64,000 nt of DNA from Rhodospirillales bacterium (GTDB taxonomy: Bacteria; Pseudomonadota; Alphaproteobacteria; Rhodospirillales; CAMCUA01): NCBI GenBank assembly GCA_965247705.1, contig CBDFHV010000059.1:3879-67878 (forward strand), given 5' to 3'. A program made the position numbers and the translations under genes. The notes under the pieces are model-generated. The model was given only the letters and a program-made list of their open reading frames with translations. It made no database searches and had not been told where the DNA came from. Below, one piece after another: positions 56,320 to 64,000 of this stretch (position 1 is its first letter; every line of letters starts with the position of its first letter).

Positions 56320-57288
56320 TTATTCGCCGCCGCCGAGACAGCCCGTGCCGGGTCCCTTCGTCCGCATCCTCAGGTAGTGAGTGGAAAAAATTCCGTGCTC
56401 GCCGAGCAGGCACGGAATGCCAGAAATAATGGGAAACACCAGTGCGTCGTCGTCGCTGTAGAGGGCTTCTCCGGTGTCGATGAGCGGGGTTTTGGCGAAC
56501 GGCGAGGCGTAGGGTGGGTCGGGGAACGGGGTGTCCGGGTCCGTGCTCAGGTCTTGGGGCCGCTTCGCGACGATGGTCAGGGCGGAGCGGTTGCGGGTGT
56601 TGACGTCGCCTTCGAACGGGCCGTGTTCGACCACGTCGTAGCCCAAGTCCTTCAAGGCGCCGGGAATATCCTTGATGTAGCGGTGGTGTTCGATCTGGGC
56701 CCGGGTCGCGTCGTCGCCGAACTGCCAGGACGGTTCGCGCAGCACCAGATAGCGCCGCGAGACCCGATAGAGTTCGGCCAGGATTTCCCGCTCCTTGTCC
56801 CGGTTGGGCTCGATGGCGTGGTTGGTGAACACGACGTCGAAGGCATCGGTGAGAATGGGGACGGCGAACAGGGAGCCTTGGAACAGCTTCAGGTCCGGCT
56901 GGCCATGGTCCCGCGCCCAGGCCTGCCCGTAGAGCAAACGGGACAGGACGATGTCGAAGCCGTAGCGGTGCCGGGGTGGCCGCTCCATGGCGTTGAGGAC
57001 GTTGCAGGCCAGGGTGGCTTCGCCAATGCCGGCGTCGAGGAGGGAATCCGGCCCAAGCCGGTCGAACATCTGAGCCAGTTTGCCGGCCGAGATTCGGTGC
57101 TGCTCGGCGACGAAGGCCTCCTTGGTGGTGCGCTGGATGTAGGAGCCCGCCTGCAGATCGTAGGACAGCATGATCGATAGCTCGTCGTTGCCGTCCAGGC
57201 CGCGGCTGTCGCGTACATGGGCAAGGATGTTGCGCCGTTCCGCATACAGCTTGCGCAGTTCCTCCGGGTCCAGGGTATAGCGGCTCAA
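56320..57288 (-). CDS. Class I SAM-dependent methyltransferase with C-terminal Trm112-like domain
   Basis: SYDLQAGSY, LLDAGIGEAT, FDVVFTNHAIEPN, ELYRV, C-terminal SPFAKTPL...FPIISGIPCLL. Confidence 0.8.
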   Translation of the reverse strand: MSRYTLDPEELRKLYAERRNILAHVRDSRGLDGNDELSIMLSYDLQAGSYIQRTTKEAFVAEQHRISAGKLAQMFDRLGPDSLLDAGIGEATLACNVLNAMERPPRHRYGFDIVLSRLLYGQAWARDHGQPDLKLFQGSLFAVPILTDAFDVVFTNHAIEPNRDKEREILAELYRVSRRYLVLREPSWQFGDDATRAQIEHHRYIKDIPGALKDLGYDVVEHGPFEGDVNTRNRSALTIVAKRPQDLSTDPDTPFPDPPYASPFAKTPLIDTGEALYSDDDALVFPIISGIPCLLGEHGIFSTHYLRMRTKGPGTGCLGGGE

Positions 57289-57306
57289 ATGTCTGCTCCC
57301 TCAGGA

Positions 57307-57357
57307 TTCTGCGGGGTTCATGAACATGGTGTCGAACGGGGCCATTACCCGGTTGAC
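57307..57357 (-). repeat. Remnant copy of a GSCFA gene 3' end (direct repeat of 58196-58246)
   Basis: 43/51 nt identical by hand alignment. Encodes VNRVMAPFDTMFMNPAES versus VGRVMALFDAMFVDPAET. Confidence 0.8.
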
Positions 57358-58145
57358 GATTTCGGCCCGCCGGCCAAACGGAAGATGACCATGATGTTGC
57401 CCACCCTGTCCGTCATGGACGGGTGGATGTCGTGGCGGAACAGCACCTCTCGGGGCACGCCGTCGAACAGCATCAGGATGTCGTCGGCGCTCTCGAACCG
57501 GGTGCCGTCCAGCTTGATCGTCTTGACCCTGTTCAGTTCCTCGTTGCTCCAAGGGCTGTAGTAGCAGCCGATGGCCACGTAGGCGCCGGGCGCCGCCACG
57601 CGCAGGATCTCCCCGGCGACTCGGGGGTTGTCGCTGCTGTAGCCGAGGACGCCGCTGAGGATGACGACGTCGAAGCTTGCGTCCGGGTAGGGCATGTCGT
57701 GCATGTCCCCCAGGTCCACCAGGGCCGAATAGGAGATCAGGTCCAGTCCCCAGATATTGCGCGGCTCGAACCCCAGGGCCATGAGCGCGAAGAGTTCCGC
57801 CTCGGTGCGGGGGCCGACGGTCAGCACCCGCATGGTCTTGTGGTTCTTCACGATGTGATCGATGCTGCGCAAGGGGCCGATAAGACGGCTTGGCCGGTCC
57901 AGGGTCACCGTGTCGGAAAGATTGTTCAGGTTGTGGGCAAGGGCGTTTTTGATCACTCCCGGCCCCATCGCCTCCACAGTCTGGACGTCCTCCTCTCGAA
58001 GCCGCTTTAGGCGGACGGCGGACAGGAGGGCGCGGACATGGGGGATATGGAGCAACTGCGCCGGGTACTTGGACAGGAAGGCATTGATCATCCCCAGGTC
58101 GTCGGGCGTCAGTTCCAAGGAAAATCCCCGCTCGCCAGTGGTCAT
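57345..58145 (-). CDS. Methyltransferase type 11-like protein
   Basis: VLTVGPRTEAE, GLDL, GDMHDMPYPDASFDVV, EILRVAAPG. ATGA overlap with the upstream GSCFA gene. Confidence 0.78.
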   Translation of the reverse strand: MTTGERGFSLELTPDDLGMINAFLSKYPAQLLHIPHVRALLSAVRLKRLREEDVQTVEAMGPGVIKNALAHNLNNLSDTVTLDRPSRLIGPLRSIDHIVKNHKTMRVLTVGPRTEAELFALMALGFEPRNIWGLDLISYSALVDLGDMHDMPYPDASFDVVILSGVLGYSSDNPRVAGEILRVAAPGAYVAIGCYYSPWSNEELNRVKTIKLDGTRFESADDILMLFDGVPREVLFRHDIHPSMTDRVGNIMVIFRLAGGPKSSTG

Positions 58146-59494
58146 GAACGCAACTCCGATTCCTTCACAAGATGTGGTTCGTCGTCGAGGGGTGTTTCTG
58201 CGGGGTCCACGAACATGGCGTCGAATAGGGCCATCACCCGGCCGACCGCGTGGGCCGAAACATGGCGCTGATCGGCCTCCCAGGCGTCCCGGGTGCAGGT
58301 CGTCACCAGTTCGTAGCTGGGGAAGTAGTGGACATCGGGCACGGTGTCGACCAGGGACTCGGCGGCCGTGCGCAGCACCGCCTTCGAATGGGCGTTGGCG
58401 CTGATCACATGGTGTTCGCGGGCCCGGGTGGTGGCCATCAGGGGCACCGGCGAAACGCTGAGAATGACCGTGAAGTCGGGGTTGTGGGCGCGGACGATCT
58501 CGACGAACCGGCGGATGTTGGCGACGTTCTCGGCAACCGTCAGGACCCGGGGCCGGATGAACGGCAGCAGGGCGCCGCCCCGCGGGTTGCGGGACAGGAC
58601 GCTGCCGTCGGGGACGTACTCCCAGCATTCATTGAGGCCGAGGGTCAGGACGAACACGCGGCAGGCCTGCAAGGCCTCACGGCAGGAGGCCAGGTGCTGC
58701 TCGTAATCGGCGGCGTAGGCTTCGGGCGACACGAAGCCGACGCCCTCTCGGAACGGGTCGCAGTAGACACACGGATGCGGGGGGCCGCGATGGAGGGGCA
58801 CCAGGAGGCGGGGCGTGGCCCGCTCGCCGAAGGCGCGCTCGGCCAGTTGGCGGAAGCTGGGGGTGTTGAACAAAGGGCCCCAATTGGCGCAATAGCGGGC
58901 GTCGACGCGGGCCGCGTCGTAGTCGCTCATGATCACCCCCCGGGCGATCCCTTCGCTTTCTTCCTCGCGCCTCACGTAGGCGAATCCCCGCCGCTGCAGG
59001 GCGACGGCGATTTCCGTGGCGAAACAGCTTCCCGCCGAGCCGACAGGGGTTCGCCGGTTGACGAGCGCCTTGTTCTGTACGACCGGTAAGGTCGCGTAGA
59101 GATCGTGGGCCGGGTTTCGTCGCGGGTTCGGCCAGAACACCGCGTCCGGGTTGGGCTTGGAGGCCGGGTTGTAGGTGTCGGCGTTGGCCGTCAGTTGGGT
59201 CCGGAATCCGGCCAGCTCTCTCAGCAGATGGGCCGGATCCAGTCGGAGGGCCGCCGGGTCGCGGCCGAGATCGCGCAACGTCTCGCCAATGGCGGCGATC
59301 AGGGTGCCGTGGGGATCGCCACCGTCCAGGCGGTCGCGCAGACGTGCCTTGACCGCCATTCGGCTCGCCGGGTCGGCGAAGATGGCGTCGACGATCAGGA
59401 AGGCGAGCGGCGGCTCGATGGCGCCTTGTCGCCGGCCGATGACGAAGGTTGGAGGTGCGGCCTCCGTTGGGATACTGCGGACGGTCGGGCTCAT
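58142..59494 (-). CDS. GSCFA domain-containing protein (SGNH hydrolase-like), copy 1
   Basis: GSAGSCFA, TLGLNECW, LSVSPVPL, ANAHSKAVLR, YFPSYE, DQRHVS. Confidence 0.9.
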   Translation of the reverse strand: MSPTVRSIPTEAAPPTFVIGRRQGAIEPPLAFLIVDAIFADPASRMAVKARLRDRLDGGDPHGTLIAAIGETLRDLGRDPAALRLDPAHLLRELAGFRTQLTANADTYNPASKPNPDAVFWPNPRRNPAHDLYATLPVVQNKALVNRRTPVGSAGSCFATEIAVALQRRGFAYVRREEESEGIARGVIMSDYDAARVDARYCANWGPLFNTPSFRQLAERAFGERATPRLLVPLHRGPPHPCVYCDPFREGVGFVSPEAYAADYEQHLASCREALQACRVFVLTLGLNECWEYVPDGSVLSRNPRGGALLPFIRPRVLTVAENVANIRRFVEIVRAHNPDFTVILSVSPVPLMATTRAREHHVISANAHSKAVLRTAAESLVDTVPDVHYFPSYELVTTCTRDAWEADQRHVSAHAVGRVMALFDAMFVDPAETPLDDEPHLVKESELRS

Positions 59495-60612
59495 GGCGGG
59501 CTGACGAACAGGCGGTTTACGTAGTCCCGGGGTGGCGCCAGCAGGCGCGGCGACAGGTGGTGGAGAAATCCCTGTCCCAAGGTCGCCGGAAACAGGGTCA
59601 CCTGACGGCGCGGCGGCTGCATGTACGGAGAAACCCCATAGACCACCTGGCACACCAGGCGATCCCGCGACACCGGCGCCAGCCCCTTGTGAATGCCCCG
59701 CGTGTTGACCAGCAGACGGCTGCCCTCGGGGCCGCAAAACAGGGTCGGCGATCCTTCCAGACGGACGCGGGTCTCGTCGTCGGTCTTGCGCAATTGGTGG
59801 AAGAACCACTTGTGAAATTCCAGCCGACCGCCCGGCCAGCGCTCCCTGAGCGCGGCCACGTGACGCGGGTCGTGGGTGCGCGGATAGAAGGCGTGCGGGC
59901 CGCCGTCCTCGTCCACGTCGGTCAGATACACGAACAGTTTGCAGAACTGGTAGTCGGCCAGGTCGCGATGGAAAAGCTGTTCGTCGCACGCCACCCCCCA
60001 GCCGGCGAAGGACCACCATGCGGACATTCCCAGGATGGTGGGCGTCGCGCCCAGGTGATGGGCGACGAGGGCGAGGGTCGCGGGATCGTTGGCGATATTC
60101 AGCAGATGGGGGCAGCCGACGACCGTCGAGGTGAGGAAGTGGGCCCGGTGGTACTGGCGTGCATCGGCCAGCGAACAGGTCTCGAATTCCTGGTCGTCGA
60201 GAACCACGGAGCCTTCGAAGTGGCTGGCCATGTCGTCGGCGGTTGCTTGCGTCAGTGGCGGCAGACGAACAAAGCCTTCCCTGTCCATATCCGCCGTCAA
60301 GCCCGAAACGTCCGCATCGGTCGTCGGCGAACGGATCCCCATATCCTCGCGTACCAGACCGTCGACGGCGGACACGACCAGCGCTAGCAACTCGGCGCTC
60401 AGACTCTCAGCCACCCGGCTCATGGCCAATATCTGGCCGTTCCACATGTAACCGAAGTCGGTGAGCCGCCTTGGGTCCAGGTCCAAGATGGCGCGCAGCG
60501 GCGCCAATTCCCTTTGGGTCAGCACCCGCCGCTGAAGACCCAGGTACCAGGACAGGATGGCGTCCCGATTGGGGACGTTGTCGTAAAGATTTGCGTCGAC
60601 GGCGGCAGTCAC
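59491..60612 (-). CDS. Phytanoyl-CoA dioxygenase (PhyH)-like Fe(II)/2-oxoglutarate oxygenase
   Basis: QLFHRD (HxD), KLFVYLTDVDEDGGPH, TRGIHKG (distal His), RDRL. Confidence 0.87.
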   Translation of the reverse strand: MTAAVDANLYDNVPNRDAILSWYLGLQRRVLTQRELAPLRAILDLDPRRLTDFGYMWNGQILAMSRVAESLSAELLALVVSAVDGLVREDMGIRSPTTDADVSGLTADMDREGFVRLPPLTQATADDMASHFEGSVVLDDQEFETCSLADARQYHRAHFLTSTVVGCPHLLNIANDPATLALVAHHLGATPTILGMSAWWSFAGWGVACDEQLFHRDLADYQFCKLFVYLTDVDEDGGPHAFYPRTHDPRHVAALRERWPGGRLEFHKWFFHQLRKTDDETRVRLEGSPTLFCGPEGSRLLVNTRGIHKGLAPVSRDRLVCQVVYGVSPYMQPPRRQVTLFPATLGQGFLHHLSPRLLAPPRDYVNRLFVSPP

Positions 60613-61904
60613 GAAGTCTCTCCCTGCACGAACATGGCATCGAACAGGGCCATGACCCGTCTGACGGCATCCCGGGACACATGGCGCTGGTCGCTATCCC
60701 ACGGCTCGGACGTGCACTCGGTCACCGTCTCATAGCTGGGGAAATAGTGTACGTCTCGATTGGATCGCACCACCTCCTCCGCCGCCACCCGCAGAACCGC
60801 CTTGGAGTGGGCGTTGGCGGTGACGACGTGATGGCTGTCGGCCCGGGTGGTGACCAGGAACGGCACGGGAGAGACGCTGACGATGACGGTGAAATCCCGG
60901 TTGTGGCCGCGAACCACGTCGATGAAGCGCTGGACCGCGGCGACGTTCTCCTCGACCGTCAGAACCCGGGGGCGCACCAGGGACAGGAAGTCCCTGTCCA
61001 GTGGGTTCCGCGACAATACGCTGCCGTCGGGGATGAACTCCCAACACTCGTTCAGTCCCAGGGTGATGACGAACACCCGGCTGCGAAGAAGCGCCTCGCG
61101 GACCGCGTTCGTGTGCCTGTCGTAGTTGGCCTCGTAGGCTTCCGGCGAGGCGAAATAGACGCCCTCCCGATAGGGGTCGGCGTAGAGGGTGCGGCCGTCA
61201 GGACCGGGAACCGCGATCAGCAGGCGGGGCAGGGCGCGCTCGCCGAAAGCCTTTTCGGCCAAGTGGGCGAAGCTTGGGGTGTTGAAAAGCAGCCCCCAGT
61301 TGGCGGGAAAGCGGGCGTAGGGGTTGTCGGCGTCATAGTCGCCCATCATCACCCCGGTGGGGATGTCGTCCTCCTTTTCCGTCACCACGTAGTTGAACCC
61401 GCGCCGCTGCAGGGCGTAGGCGATTTCCATGGCGAAGCAGCTTCCAGCCGAGCCGATGGGAGTCTCCGGTCCCACCAGTCCCAGATTCTCGACTACGGGT
61501 AGGATGTCGAACAGGCCCTTGCCGCCGCGTTTCGGATTGGGCCAGAAGACGGCCTCGGGATTGGGCTTGCCGGTGGGGCGATAGGTCTCGGCGCTTTCCA
61601 CAAGGCGGCGGCGCAAGTGATGGAGCGCCCGCCGGCGACCCGGCGGATCGAAGCGCAGGTTCTCCGGCAGCCGGCCAAGGCGGTCGAGGATCGCGTCAAG
61701 CCGATCGAATAGATGGGCGTAAGACGGAACCCCCTGTCCGCCGGCGGAAATCTCGTCGCGCAGCCGCGTCATCAGGGCGGGCTCGCCTAAAGCATTAAGG
61801 ACTTCGTTGACCGTATCGTCGGTCAGGGCACCGTCCATGTGGCCCAACAGCCGGACCTCAGCGTCGTCGTCGCGGCGATGGGGTGCGTCGTCCATTCTTG
61901 CCAT
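60609..61904 (-). CDS. GSCFA domain-containing protein (SGNH hydrolase-like), copy 2
   Basis: GSAGSCFA, TLGLNECW, VSVSPVPF, ANAHSKAVLR, YFPSYE, DQRHVS. Confidence 0.9.
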   Translation of the reverse strand: MARMDDAPHRRDDDAEVRLLGHMDGALTDDTVNEVLNALGEPALMTRLRDEISAGGQGVPSYAHLFDRLDAILDRLGRLPENLRFDPPGRRRALHHLRRRLVESAETYRPTGKPNPEAVFWPNPKRGGKGLFDILPVVENLGLVGPETPIGSAGSCFAMEIAYALQRRGFNYVVTEKEDDIPTGVMMGDYDADNPYARFPANWGLLFNTPSFAHLAEKAFGERALPRLLIAVPGPDGRTLYADPYREGVYFASPEAYEANYDRHTNAVREALLRSRVFVITLGLNECWEFIPDGSVLSRNPLDRDFLSLVRPRVLTVEENVAAVQRFIDVVRGHNRDFTVIVSVSPVPFLVTTRADSHHVVTANAHSKAVLRVAAEEVVRSNRDVHYFPSYETVTECTSEPWDSDQRHVSRDAVRRVMALFDAMFVQGETS

Positions 61905-61906
61905 CC

Positions 61907-63042
61907 TCACGCCGCCGAAAGGAACAGACGATTGACGTAAGCCGAGGCCCGATCGGCGACGAAGCGGGATGTCTCCCCCTCCAGGGGCGGCTCGCCCGCC
62001 GGCAGGGGAAACACGCATCCGCGGGCGAGCCGGACTTGATTGATCGGCGTGATGCCATAGAGCACCTGGCAGATCAGCCGATCCCGCTTTCGCGGCAGCA
62101 GGCCCTTGTGAATGCCTCGGGTGTTGGCGATGAATCGGCTGCCCGCCGGTCCCGTAAAATAGACCGGGTCAGCCCCCAGATAGCGGCGGGTATCCTCGTC
62201 GGTCTTGCGCAGGGTCAGGAAGTACCACTGGTTGAAGGCGTCCGCGCCCTCCGGCCAAGAGTCCCGCAACCGGCCCACATGGTTCGGGTCGTGGGTCCCG
62301 GCCATGAAGGCGTGGGGCCCGGAATCCGCGTCCACGTCCGTCAACTGAATGAACAGTTTGCAGAAGTAGTAATCGGCATTGTCCAGGTGGAAGAGCTATG
62401 CGTCCCTGGGATCGGCGGGGACCGGCGAAGGACCACCAGCAACTGAACCCGAGGATCATGGGCGCGGCCCCCAGGTGGCGCGCCACCGCGCCGAGGGTCG
62501 CCGGATCATTGGCGATCTCCAGCAGATGGGGGCAGGAGACCACCGTCTCGGTGGGAAAGTTGGCGATGTTGGAATCCCGGGACTCGGCTACCGTGCACAG
62601 GTTCCCCTCGCCCGTATACATACCGCGGCAGGACCTGCTTGTCGGCGAAGTAGTCCTTCATCTCGGCGATGACGTCCGCCTCGACCGGAGGCCGGTGCAG
62701 GTAACCGACCCGGTCGAAATCGTTCTTGGCGCAATCCATGCCCAAAACCGGCGGAACGCCCAGCACCTCGCGGGCGTAGGCGTCGACCGCCGTCCGAAAG
62801 GCATTCAACAGCGCCGGGTCCAGGCTGTGATGGATATGGCACATGACGGCGTAGTGGAGCTGCCGCATGCGATCCACGTTGGCGAGTTCGGCCGGATCGG
62901 TGCGGTAGAGTGGGCGCAAGGGCGCCCAACGGTCGTCGCTCAGGATGAAGCGATGAAAGCCCAAATACCACAGCAGCATGTATTCGGCATTCTCCAGGGG
63001 AGCCTGCCAGGGCGCCCGTTGCGCCGTCGCGGCGGCCGTTAT
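61907..63042 (-). pseudogene. PhyH-like Fe/2OG dioxygenase pseudogene, paralog of 59491-60612
   Basis: Homology is spread over three frames. Start decayed to ATA at 63042, frameshifts near 62620 and 62418, in-frame TAG at 62396-62398 (DA*LFHLD where the paralog has DEQLFHRD). Confidence 0.85.
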
Positions 63043-63806
63043 GGCGCGCCTCCGGCCAGCGCCGTGGCCGGGCGATCGCCCGCCTCGCCCGCCGCCAGAA
63101 ATCCGCGACCCGCGAGCAGCGCCAGGGAGGCCAGATCCACACGGCCGGCATTCCGGCGGACGAACAGGGCGATGTCTCCGGGGGCGATGACGACCAGGTC
63201 GTCGTATTCCCGGTTGGCGCGGCGGTTGAAGCACGCGCGCAGCTCGGCTTCCGGACAGGTGAAGTGGGCCGCGATGGCCACCTCCGTGACCCGTGTCTGG
63301 CCGTTGGTCCAAAGTCCAAAGGGCATCGGATCGACCACCCGGTCGCGGGGAACGTTGAGTTCCTCTTCCACTTCCAGCAGCAACTGTCCCACGTAATCCA
63401 CCCCGCCGTCAGCCTGGAGGCAACCCCGTTCCACCGATCCCGAGGGCACCAGTTCCCACAACCCTCGATCGGAGCCCACGACCGCGCTTCGCTGGCCCAG
63501 GACCAGGTTCCCATCGACGGTGATCAAACCGCTTACCGCCAGGGGCCGAAGGTTCAGGAGGTTGGCCAGGTCCGGCTCCCTGCGTTGGGCGACGAACCGG
63601 CGATAGGGGGTGAATCGGCCCTCTAGCACGCCGTCCCCCCAGCGCTCGACGCTAAAGATCCGCCCGTCGTAAAGAATGCCGTCGGATTGGCGCAGTGCCT
63701 GGTCCCAGATCCCATCGACCTGCCGCGACAAATCGGGCGGCAGGGCGGGCGGATCGCCCAGGGAGCGAACCCGCAGGTCTGGGCCGATGGAGCGCCAGGC
63801 CGCCAT
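63039..63806 (-). CDS. NUDIX-like hydrolase
   Basis: LYDGRIF, PLAVSG, LVLGQRS, WELVPSGSVE, degenerate Nudix box QLLLEVEEELNV. Confidence 0.7.
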   Translation of the reverse strand: MAAWRSIGPDLRVRSLGDPPALPPDLSRQVDGIWDQALRQSDGILYDGRIFSVERWGDGVLEGRFTPYRRFVAQRREPDLANLLNLRPLAVSGLITVDGNLVLGQRSAVVGSDRGLWELVPSGSVERGCLQADGGVDYVGQLLLEVEEELNVPRDRVVDPMPFGLWTNGQTRVTEVAIAAHFTCPEAELRACFNRRANREYDDLVVIAPGDIALFVRRNAGRVDLASLALLAGRGFLAAGEAGDRPATALAGGAP

Positions 63807-63807
63807 T

Positions 63808-64000
63808 TCAGAGCACCTCCGCCACGTCGTCCAGTCCCGCCACGGGCCGGGCCTGGGGCGGGAAAGCGCCACTGTCGTAAAGCGGCGAGGCGACCGCATA
63901 GGTGACGAGCCCCGCGGCCAGGGCGGAGGCCACGCCGGCCGGGGAATCCTCCACCGCCAGCGATACCGCTGCTCCACAGTCGAGATGTCGCAGGGCGCAC
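63808..64000 (-). CDS. HAD-family phosphatase, C-terminal part (5' end outside window)
   Basis: Manual translation ...AVSLAVEDSPAGVASALAAGL... shows HAD motif IV; stop TGA at 63808-63810, 1 nt before the NUDIX ATG. Confidence 0.8.
   Translation of the reverse strand, partial: CALRHLDCGAAVSLAVEDSPAGVASALAAGLVTYAVASPLYDSGAFPPQARPVAGLDDVAEVL

Noticed and set aside
57301-57552. 83-aa ORF as an independent gene
   Set aside because: It is mostly an alternate frame of the methyltransferase. Only the last ~18 codons are meaningful, as a GSCFA remnant.
62396-62398. In-frame TAG in the PhyH gene as possible stop-codon recoding (pyrrolysine or TAG=Gln)
   Set aside because: The same gene has two frameshifts and a lost start, and TAG is a normal stop for several other genes here (e.g. 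gpmI, ctpA, proC).
1-64000. tRNA, rRNA, riboswitch, prophage or anti-phage defence genes
   Set aside because: None was recognisable by eye. A covariance-model (Rfam, tRNAscan) and defence-HMM search would be needed to exclude them formally.

Overview
GC-rich alphaproteobacterial chromosome segment with Rhodospirillales-like gene order, read by eye without database searches. It has three parts. (1) 1-28 kb is mostly housekeeping: obgE-nadD-rsfS-rlmH-gpmI-envC-ctpA-divergent polysaccharide deacetylase-rppH, an amidase with a small AtzG/GatC-like partner, queG, pgeF/midA/lgt/rfaD, ubiK-ybjN-proC, an RpoH-type sigma factor, TetR, phasin, csaA, EnvZ/OmpR/MarR and ilvE. An IS1595-family element and several small repeats interrupt it. 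(2) 28-54.7 kb is an accessory catabolic region. It has four stand-alone hydantoinase B/oxoprolinase paralogs sharing a C-terminal extension but only one A-domain protein (an A-B fusion), plus a LysR regulator, a TctABC transporter (tctA frameshifted), two orphan DppA-type binding proteins, an M14 deacylase, a DRE-TIM enzyme with an altered active site, a URO-D-fold protein, an inserted sulfotransferase, an orphan HicB and two GTAG-REP doublets. (3) 56.3-64 kb is a tightly coupled minus-strand tailoring operon: HAD phosphatase, NUDIX-like protein, two [PhyH-type Fe/2OG dioxygenase + GSCFA SGNH-like protein] pairs (first dioxygenase a pseudogene) and two methyltransferases. The best candidates for an uncharacterised system are the GSCFA/PhyH operon and the many-B/one-A oxoprolinase island. 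No rRNA, tRNA or CRISPR array was seen.
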